Source: Fervidicella metallireducens AeB (GTDB taxonomy: Bacteria > Bacillota > Clostridia > Clostridiales > Caloramatoraceae). From it: DNA of 24,000 nt. A program made the position numbers and the translations under genes. The notes under the pieces were generated by a model, which was given only the letters and a program-made list of their open reading frames with translations, searched no databases and was not told the origin of the DNA. The stretch is taken from positions 129,755 through 153,754 of the forward strand of contig NZ_AZQP01000001.1 in assembly GCF_000601455.1 (NCBI RefSeq), in the 5' to 3' direction. Of this stretch, positions 17,055-24,000 are shown in pieces. The first letter of the stretch is position 1. Every line of letters starts with the position of its first letter.

Positions 17055-17879
17055 TTACTGCTTGAATTCAATTATATTATAATCATCATAATGTCTAAAT
17101 CCAATGGAATTATATGCTTTAACAGCAGGGGTATTTTTCTTTGATACCATTAGAGTAGGAGTTTTACCTCTAGCAATTATCATCCTGCAAAGTTCAGAGA
17201 TTAGAGCCTTACAGTAGCCTTTACCTCTTTCAGTATCAAGTGTGTATACACCACCAATCTGACAAATCTTAGATGTTGAGGTCTGGATGCATCCCTGAGC
17301 AAGGATTTTACCATCTTTAAGTAGAAATAAAAAATCATCTCCAGGCACTCGCTGCTTTAACATTTTCTTGATTTCCTCGTAGTTGATTTTTGTGTCAAAG
17401 CCATCTTCATATGCATGAATCATAAAGTTTGTTACCTTATCCTCATCTATCTCGTGAGGATATTTGAAATCTATCCCTTCAAGATTGTATGGAGTATAAT
17501 TGTTATTTATATAATAGCTATCTTCTCCATATTTTTTAACGTCCTTCGTTTCTTTAATAGCTTCATATAAAGGTCTTACTATCTTTTCCATACCCAATAA
17601 AAATGAAAAAGTTTTCTTCTTCATTATTTCAGCGAAACATATTACAGCTTTATCATTTTCATAATGGGGTATGCAACTACCTATGTTATAAAATGGAAGT
17701 ATACCTTGAAGTTTACCATCCTCAAAATAACCATAATAATCTCCAGAACGATTAATTTCCTTATTGTTATCAATACCAACACCAATTACATTTCCGATTA
17801 TAAAGGTACATTCAATATGATGATTTTCAGCATATTCAAGTACCACTTCCTTATCAGCATTTGTTAGCAACCTTATCAT
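17055..17879 (-). CDS. GNAT-family N-acetyltransferase (274 aa, extended N-terminal domain)
   Basis: The C-terminal GNAT core is QIGGVYTLDTERGKGYCKALISELC ... NTPAVKAYNSIGFR (an R/QxxGxG/A-type acetyl-CoA loop). The ATG follows AAGGGGG at a 7-nt spacing. Confidence 0.75.
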   Translation of the reverse strand: MIRLLTNADKEVVLEYAENHHIECTFIIGNVIGVGIDNNKEINRSGDYYGYFEDGKLQGILPFYNIGSCIPHYENDKAVICFAEIMKKKTFSFLLGMEKIVRPLYEAIKETKDVKKYGEDSYYINNNYTPYNLEGIDFKYPHEIDEDKVTNFMIHAYEDGFDTKINYEEIKKMLKQRVPGDDFLFLLKDGKILAQGCIQTSTSKICQIGGVYTLDTERGKGYCKALISELCRMIIARGKTPTLMVSKKNTPAVKAYNSIGFRHYDDYNIIEFKQ

Positions 17880-17921
17880 ATAAATTCCCCCTTATATATG
17901 AAAATCCCTACAGAATCACAA

Positions 17922-17955
17922 GTTAGAAAGAAAGGTCACTTTTTCGGTGACCTCG
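17922..17955 (-). terminator. Terminator (minus strand) after the nuclease-like gene
   Basis: aggtcac (17933-17939) pairs with gtgacct (17947-17953). On the minus strand a T-rich tract (tttctttct) follows. Confidence 0.6.
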
Positions 17956-17985
17956 TAAAAACCAGTTCCTTTTATAACACTAGAA

Positions 17986-18873
17986 CTACAATTTATCTAC
18001 TAAATCCTCTATATACATCTTTCCTTCGTTTAGGTCGCATACTTTAATTTGAAAAGTAGAAGTCAGATTTTTACTTATGCCTTCAGGTAAATCTGAAACT
18101 AGTAAAATTGATTTATCTGCTGATGTACCCAGTTTTTTTCTAAAATCTGCATATTTAGATATATATCTTTGATAATCCCCTGTTTTACATTCAATCCATA
18201 TGGGAGAATCATTTATAACGAAAAGCATATCAATTTCAAAATCGTCACCGTTAGGCAACTCAATTTGACAATTTTGTACAAAGGAAAAATTATTGATTTC
18301 CTTTGTTTTAAGTAGCTGTAACAGGAAGTGAAGTATGTAATTTTCTAACCAACCTCCTGTAAAAAAATTTATAACCTTTCCAATCCTCTGAGGAGTTCCG
18401 ATTATAATTTTCGATGATTTTTTGTAAGAATAATTTGTTAAAAAGGCATTCTGGTGAAGTAGATTACAAAATTGGGTGGCATAAGCTATAACCTCTTGAG
18501 GTTTATTCTGCATGTTATAATAAAAGCTTCCACCGGTTGATAAAGATGGTTTAATAGTGTTATACAAATCTTTAAGATGGGGATAACGGTTGCCAAGATA
18601 GTTAGATAATTTAAAGAATATATCATCTTCTGTTTCTACTTTGTAGCTTTTAATATTTATTTTTTTCGATAGTAGATATTTTATTGCATCGTTGTTTTCT
18701 TCGTCTTTTGGAACAAATGTAACTAAGCTTTCTTCGTTTTTTGCAGTATTGTGGAATTTTTTAGAATTAATGAGATTGTGGTTATCAACACCCAGATAGC
18801 TTCTAATACAGTGAAGTTCCTCTCGAAGTAATTTAATTTCTTCAGTTAAGTTTTGAATTAGAATGTTATCCAA
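17986..18873 (-). CDS. Card1/DUF1887-like PD-(D/E)xK nuclease-domain protein with an N-terminal coiled-coil
   Basis: The C-terminal half carries FFTGGWLENYI and FEIDMLFVINDSPIWIECKTG, a D-x12-E-x-K restriction-endonuclease-fold motif as in DUF1887/Card1 nuclease domains. The TTG start has AAGGAGGTG 5 nt upstream. Confidence 0.6.
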   Translation of the reverse strand: MDNILIQNLTEEIKLLREELHCIRSYLGVDNHNLINSKKFHNTAKNEESLVTFVPKDEENNDAIKYLLSKKINIKSYKVETEDDIFFKLSNYLGNRYPHLKDLYNTIKPSLSTGGSFYYNMQNKPQEVIAYATQFCNLLHQNAFLTNYSYKKSSKIIIGTPQRIGKVINFFTGGWLENYILHFLLQLLKTKEINNFSFVQNCQIELPNGDDFEIDMLFVINDSPIWIECKTGDYQRYISKYADFRKKLGTSADKSILLVSDLPEGISKNLTSTFQIKVCDLNEGKMYIEDLVDKL

Positions 18874-18993
18874 GGCAACACCTCCTTTGTAGATTATTAT
18901 ATTCTATAAAAAAGGAATAAATCCTTCTGAAGGAATAAAAAATTGGATTAATATAACAATTTTTACATATAGACTATCCATAAATTAAATAAT

Positions 18994-19022
18994 TTGAGAA
19001 TACAAAGTATATTTGGTATAAT
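18994..19022 (+). promoter_or_regulatory. Candidate distal promoter upstream of secA
   Basis: TTGAGA (18994-18999), 17 nt, then TATAAT (19017-19022). Confidence 0.4.
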
Positions 19023-19108
19023 GAAAAAAGCTACCTATGTAAAAAAAATTATGTATATTATAGCAATATTGAAAAGTTAGTATATGATAACACATGATAT
19101 ATCATTTA

Positions 19109-19137
19109 TTGATTAGGTAATTTCAAAATGCTATAAT
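19109..19137 (+). promoter_or_regulatory. Candidate proximal secA promoter with an extended -10
   Basis: TTGATT (19109-19114), 17 nt, then TGcTATAAT (19129-19137), 30 nt upstream of the secA ATG. Confidence 0.55.
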
Positions 19138-19166
19138 CATTTTATTATTGAGGAGAAGGTGAAAAT

Positions 19167-21671
19167 ATGGGTATATTAGAAAAAATATTCGGCAGTTATA
19201 GTGATAAAGAAGTAAAAAGAATAATGCCTATAGTTAGCAAAATAGAAAGTTTAGAACCTCATATGCAGGGCTTGGCAGACGAAGAATTGAGGAAAATGAC
19301 AGAAAAGTTTAAAGAAAGATTAAAAAATGGAGAAACCCTTGATGATATTCTGCCTGAGGCATTTGCCGTTGTAAGGGAAGCTTCATGGAGAGTACTTGGA
19401 ATGAAACATTTTAGGGTTCAATTAATTGGTGGTATCGTACTACATCAGGGTAGAATTGCAGAAATGAGAACCGGAGAGGGTAAAACTCTTGTTGCAACCC
19501 TGCCGGCATATTTAAACGCTTTAACTGGCAGAGGTGTTCATGTTGTAACAGTAAATGATTACCTTGCAAAGCGTGATAAGGAATGGATGGGGCAAATATA
19601 TGAGTTTTTAGGTCTTACAGTTGGTGTAATCACCCATGACCTTGACAGCGAAGAAAGAAGAGCAGCATATAATGCAGATATAACATATGGAACTAATAAC
19701 GAGTTTGGCTTTGATTATTTAAGAGATAACATGGTAATTTACAAGGAAGAGATGGTTCAAAGGGAACTTAATTATGCCATAGTAGACGAAGTTGACTCAA
19801 TATTAATAGATGAAGCGAGAACACCTCTTATTATTTCAGGTGCAGGGGAAAAGTCAACTCATTTATATAAGGTTGCTGACAGTTTTGCAAAGGGACTAAG
19901 AAAAGAGGAAGATTTTGAAGTTGATGAAAAGCAGCACGCAGTTACTCTAACAGAAAAGGGTATAGAAAAAGCTGAAAAATTCTTCAGTCTGGAGAATTAT
20001 GGTGATGCAGAAAACATGGAAATACAACACCATGTTATTCAGGCATTAAAGGCAAATTACCTAATGAAAAACGAAATCGATTATGTTGTAAAAGATGGGG
20101 AAATCATTATTGTTGATGAATTTACAGGAAGATTGATGGAAGGCAGACGTTATAGCGATGGACTTCACCAGGCTATTGAAGCAAAGGAAGGGGTAAAGGT
20201 AGAGAGGGAGTCAAAAACACTGGCTACAATAACCTTCCAGAACTACTTCAGGTTGTACAATAAGCTTGCAGGTATGACTGGTACTGCCTTAACTGAAGAG
20301 ATGGAATTTAGAGAAATATATGGACTGGATGTAATAGTAATCCCTACAAATAAACCAATTGCAAGGGTTGATGCACCAGATTTAGTTTATAAAACTGAAA
20401 GAGGTAAGTTTAATGCAATTGTTAATGAGGTTATAGAAGCTCATAAAAAGGGGCAGCCTGTGCTTGTAGGTACAATAAGTATTGAAATGTCAGAAAAGCT
20501 TTCTGAGATGCTTAAGAAAAGAGGAATACCTCATCAGGTTTTAAATGCTAAGTATCATGAAAGGGAAGCTGAAATTGTATCACATGCGGGAGAAAGAGGC
20601 ATGGTTACAATTGCAACGAACATGGCAGGTCGTGGTACAGATATTAAGCTTGGAGAAGGAGTAAAGGAACTAGGGGGTCTGATGATATTAGGCTCAGAAA
20701 GGCATGAATCAAGACGTATAGATAACCAGCTGAGAGGTCGTGCAGGACGTCAGGGAGACCCTGGTTTTACAAGATTTTATATTTCACTTGAAGATGATTT
20801 AATGAGATTATTTGGTTCAGATAGAGTTAGAGGTGTAGTTGATAAGTTAGGTTTATCTGAGGATGAACCAATAGAGAGTAAAATGGTTTCCAATGCAATT
20901 GAAACTGCTCAAAAGAGGGTAGAAGGTAACAATTTTGAAGTTAGAAAAGCATTATTACAATATGATAATGTAATGAATAAACAAAGAGAAATTATTTACA
21001 GCCAAAGAGCCCGTGTTCTTGAAGGTGATGATGTAAAGGAAAACATTTTATCTATGATTAATGATGTTATAGATGCAACCATTGATGCGCATACATCAGA
21101 GGATAAATATAGAGAAGAGTGGGATTTAAAAGGAGTAATAAGATATCTTGAAGATATTTTCCTGCCAAGGGGATATGTAAAACTTGAAGAACTTGAAATA
21201 CTTTCAAAGGAAGAAATAAAGAAAAAACTGTACGATATAGCAGTTGAACTTTATGAAGAAAAAGAGGAAGAATTTGAACCTGAACAGATGAGAGAAATAG
21301 AAAGAGTAGTTCTTCTTAGAGCCGTTGACTTAAAATGGATGGATCACATAGATGCAATGGAACAGTTAAAACAGGGTATAGGACTTAGAGCTTACAGACA
21401 AAGGGATCCAATCCATGAGTATCAAATCGAAGGTATGAATATGTTCGACGAGATGATATATAATATTAAAGAAGAAACTGTGAGAATGCTTTATAGATTA
21501 AAGGCTGAAAGAAAGATAGAAAGGGAGAGGGTTGCAGAACCAACCTCAACTAACTTTGATGATTCATCTACAAAACGAACACCAATTAAAAAAGAAAAGA
21601 AGGCAGGAAGAAACGATCTATGTCCATGTGGAAGTGGAAAGAAATTTAAAAACTGCTGTGGAAGGGAATAG
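19167..21671 (+). CDS. secA: Preprotein translocase ATPase SecA
   Basis: SecA motifs are present: [45 protein letters not shown]. The C-terminal zinc motif is [14 protein letters not shown]. Length is 834 aa. Confidence 0.97.
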   Translation: MGILEKIFGSYSDKEVKRIMPIVSKIESLEPHMQGLADEELRKMTEKFKERLKNGETLDDILPEAFAVVREASWRVLGMKHFRVQLIGGIVLHQGRIAEMRTGEGKTLVATLPAYLNALTGRGVHVVTVNDYLAKRDKEWMGQIYEFLGLTVGVITHDLDSEERRAAYNADITYGTNNEFGFDYLRDNMVIYKEEMVQRELNYAIVDEVDSILIDEARTPLIISGAGEKSTHLYKVADSFAKGLRKEEDFEVDEKQHAVTLTEKGIEKAEKFFSLENYGDAENMEIQHHVIQALKANYLMKNEIDYVVKDGEIIIVDEFTGRLMEGRRYSDGLHQAIEAKEGVKVERESKTLATITFQNYFRLYNKLAGMTGTALTEEMEFREIYGLDVIVIPTNKPIARVDAPDLVYKTERGKFNAIVNEVIEAHKKGQPVLVGTISIEMSEKLSEMLKKRGIPHQVLNAKYHEREAEIVSHAGERGMVTIATNMAGRGTDIKLGEGVKELGGLMILGSERHESRRIDNQLRGRAGRQGDPGFTRFYISLEDDLMRLFGSDRVRGVVDKLGLSEDEPIESKMVSNAIETAQKRVEGNNFEVRKALLQYDNVMNKQREIIYSQRARVLEGDDVKENILSMINDVIDATIDAHTSEDKYREEWDLKGVIRYLEDIFLPRGYVKLEELEILSKEEIKKKLYDIAVELYEEKEEEFEPEQMREIERVVLLRAVDLKWMDHIDAMEQLKQGIGLRAYRQRDPIHEYQIEGMNMFDEMIYNIKEETVRMLYRLKAERKIERERVAEPTSTNFDDSSTKRTPIKKEKKAGRNDLCPCGSGKKFKNCCGRE

Positions 21672-21744
21672 TGGAGAGTAATTTTTTCAAAGCGTGACTG
21701 CTTTTTAGTGATTGGGTAATTGTATATTAAGGATGGTGATAAGT

Positions 21745-22852
21745 GTGCACATACATTTTGAAGAACATTATGCAGCAATAAAACCTATGATGGAGACACT
21801 GAAGGAAATGGGGGCTTCTCTTTGACATTGATGGTCTTAGAAAAGAGATAGAACTGTGTGAAGAAAAGATGCAGGATCCAGATTTTTGGACTGATGTTGA
21901 GAGTGCACAGAGGATAGTGCAAAAGACAAAGATGCTGAAAAATAAGGTTGAAAAATATGAGAACCTTTATAAACGGGTGGAAGATTTAGAGGTTTTAATT
22001 GAACTGTCTGATGAGGTAGAGGATTTATCAGCACTTGATGAAATTGTTGCAGAAAGAAGGGAAATCGAAAATAAAATAGAGGAACTCAGAATAGAAACAC
22101 TTTTATCAGGTGAATATGATAAAAACAATGCAATATTTACAATACATGCTGGAGCAGGTGGAACAGAAGCCTGTGATTGGGCCCAGATGCTTCTTAGAAT
22201 GTATACAAGATGGGCTGAATCAAAGGGATATACAGTTGAAACTATAGATTTCCTTCCAGGAGATGAAGCTGGGGTTAAAAGTATTACCCTTGAGATTAAA
22301 GGTGAATATGCCTATGGTTATTTAAAAGCAGAAAAGGGTGTTCACAGACTTGTTAGAATATCACCTTTTGATGCTGCAGGAAAAAGACATACTTCCTTTG
22401 CGTCAATAGAAGTCTTACCGGAAATTACGGAAGAACAGGATATAGAGATAAGATCAGAGGATTTAAAGATTGATACTTATCGTGCAGGTGGTGCAGGGGG
22501 ACAATATGTTAATAAAACTGAATCTGCAATTAGAATAACACATATTCCAACAGGAATAGTTGTTCAGTGTCAAAGTGAGCGTTCTCAGCACTCAAACAAG
22601 GATATGGCCTTAAGAATGCTTAAGTCAAAGTTGATTGAAATGAAGGATAGAGAACGTAAGGAAAAAATTGAAGATTTGTCAGGTGATTTAAAAGAAATTG
22701 GATGGGGAAATCAGATAAGATCATATGTTTTCCAGCCATATACCCTGGTTAAGGATCATAGAACAGGTGTGGAAATAGGAAATGTTCAGGGAGTTATGGA
22801 TGGAGATATAGATGAATTTATAAACGCATATTTAAAGGCTCAGGCTAAATAG
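21745..22852 (+). CDS. prfB: Peptide chain release factor 2 with a programmed +1 frameshift
   Basis: ORF0 (GTG 21745 or ATG 21733) ends ...KEMGASL at CTT TGA C (21820-21826), with a GGGGG SD-like element at 21810-21814. The +1 frame continues DIDGLRKEIELCEEKMQDPDFW... RF2 hallmarks are present: SPF (VRISPFD) and GGQ (GGAGGQYVNKTESAIRITHIPTG). Confidence 0.92.
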
Positions 22853-22861
22853 TCTGAGCCT

Positions 22862-23638
22862 TTAAATATGTTTAGAAAGAAGATATGAAACAGACCATCT
22901 TTTAAATTTATTTTTCAAAAAGAAATTGGTAGAGGATTCAAAAATATTATCTACAAATATAATAAATATATTATAAAATCTTAAGGTTTCTGAAATATCC
23001 TGAAGAATCATGCTGCCGATGCCTTGATTCTGATAATCTGGTTTTACTGCAATTTTACTGATACTTCCGTATTCTATTGTATTGTTGATTTTTAAAAGAG
23101 AAAAACCTACTGGAAGGTTATCATATATGCATATCCTGAAGATAGTATTCTTGTCTTTCAACAAATCTAAAACATCATTTTTTGATATAAGCATTGGCTT
23201 TGGAAAGCAGAGGGAGTCAATACTTCTTAAGGCTTCATAATAAGTATTTGTATAGTTTACAAACTGACATGTATTTTTATTAGTATTTGTGGAATTACAA
23301 TATTTATATAAACTTTCTATTTTATATTCAATGGTAAAACCATAAGGAATAAAGGATTCATAAAGTTCTTTCGGGATATGTGGTACATATATTTTACCTG
23401 TTAGCTTGGATGAAAGAAAAATGCACATATCAAGTATATCCTTTGAATCCGAAGAAAAATATCTAATCAAAGTACCATCATAGTATTTAATTGGGTAACA
23501 GAAATTCATGGGATTAAAATCACTTACAACTAAATCTCCAGAGCTATAAACTTTAGATAGCAGCTTTTCATCAAGAAAAAATAAGTTAACGTATTTTATC
23601 AGCCTTTTATAGTCTAAAATTGTTGCATAGTGTGGCAT
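22862..23638 (-). CDS. GNAT-family acetyltransferase-domain protein (about 258 aa)
   Basis: The C-terminal part IAVKPDYQNQGIGSMILQDISETL is a GNAT acetyl-CoA-binding motif. The N-terminal two thirds are unrecognised. ATG 23638 follows GAGGTGA by 5 nt. The ORF track starts at GTG 23647. Confidence 0.6.
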   Translation of the reverse strand: MPHYATILDYKRLIKYVNLFFLDEKLLSKVYSSGDLVVSDFNPMNFCYPIKYYDGTLIRYFSSDSKDILDMCIFLSSKLTGKIYVPHIPKELYESFIPYGFTIEYKIESLYKYCNSTNTNKNTCQFVNYTNTYYEALRSIDSLCFPKPMLISKNDVLDLLKDKNTIFRICIYDNLPVGFSLLKINNTIEYGSISKIAVKPDYQNQGIGSMILQDISETLRFYNIFIIFVDNIFESSTNFFLKNKFKRWSVSYLLSKHI

Positions 23639-23708
23639 AAAGATCACCTCATTAATTTATATGCTTGGAAGAGAAAGTAGTGAACAAAATATTAAAGAAA
23701 TAAACAAG

Positions 23709-23783
23709 TTATCCACAAAAAATGTGAATAAAACTGTTGATACTTATGTTAATTAAAAGTGAATAAATAAAAAATGTGGATAA
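23709..23783. promoter_or_regulatory. Second DnaA-box cluster
   Basis: TTATCCACA is perfect at 23709-23717 and TGTGGATAA is perfect in inverted orientation at 23775-23783. tgtgaataa at 23723-23731 has one mismatch and agtgaataa at 23758-23766 has two. Confidence 0.5.
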
Positions 23784-23849
23784 CTTATATGTATAATGCT
23801 AAAAATTATATCCTATGTAATCTAATAGGAATAATATGAATATAATTAA

Positions 23850-24000
23850 ATGAGTGTGAGTCTGGGTGGTGATAATTTGGGGGATAATTTCAATGGATTT
23901 ATGGATGAAGAAACAAGGGAATTAATTAAAAAGTTCAGTCAGAGCAGCCTCCGAAAGGACAGTATTGATAATATTAGTGAAGAAAATGAAAATGAAGAAG
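23850..24000 (+). CDS. Hypothetical protein, N-terminal part (runs off the window)
   Basis: The frame is open from ATG 23850 (MSVSLGGDNLGDNFNGFMDEETRELIKKFSQSS...EENENEE) to the window end. There is no clear SD, I recognise no family, and TTG 23877 is an alternative start. Confidence 0.35.
   Translation, partial: MSVSLGGDNLGDNFNGFMDEETRELIKKFSQSSLRKDSIDNISEENENEE

Noticed and set aside
17055-17879. The GNAT next to the nuclease gene read as a GNAT-toxin/antitoxin module.
   Set aside because: At 274 aa with an extra N-terminal domain, it is unlike the roughly 170-aa TacT/AtaT-type toxins. There is no small RHH or HTH antitoxin ORF adjacent, and a terminator separates it from its neighbour.
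19021-19080. A 19-codon ORF (MKKATYVKKIMYIIAILKS) between the two secA promoter candidates.
   Set aside because: It has no SD, and its ATG overlaps the -10 of the distal promoter, so that transcript would not include it. It is likely a chance ORF.
1-24000. Search for CRISPR arrays, IS elements or transposases, integrases, prophage genes and rRNA.
   Set aside because: I found no spaced direct repeats, terminal inverted repeats or recombinase-like ORFs. The only repeat of note is the tRNA triad duplication.

Overview
This window is a chromosomal segment from a low-GC, spore-forming Firmicute, Clostridia-like in content. I found no transposase, integrase, CRISPR array or phage genes. Gene order follows the conserved Bacillus/Clostridium blocks: murA-spoIID-spoIIQ-like-spoIIID-mreB/mbl-fabZ; then yyaC, a TtcA-like PP-loop ATPase, a tandemly duplicated tRNA Val-Thr-Tyr cluster, and SAM-I riboswitch-metK; then a yvrJ-like gene, a ComK-like gene, recD2, comFA-like/comFC, hpf, secA and prfB. 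The most interesting items are listed here. (1) A roughly 230-nt GC-rich structured RNA sits between comFC and hpf (raiA), which is the characteristic location of the raiA-motif ncRNA. (2) Two clusters of DnaA-box 9-mers lie far from any dnaA/dnaN context. (3) A perfect Gram-positive LexA (Cheo) box is embedded in a perfect TTGACA-17-TATAAT promoter upstream of a ComK-like gene. (4) The ComFA homologue has lost every ATPase motif. (5) A two-gene insertion on the opposite strand, a GNAT plus a Card1/DUF1887-like PD-(D/E)xK nuclease, splits the conserved hpf-secA junction. Three genes (mreB/mbl, ComK-like, recD2), and possibly a fourth, are interrupted by shifts consistent with one missing base. 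Two of these fall at homopolymer runs. This looks more like assembly indel error than real gene decay, and it is separate from the genuine programmed +1 frameshift in prfB.
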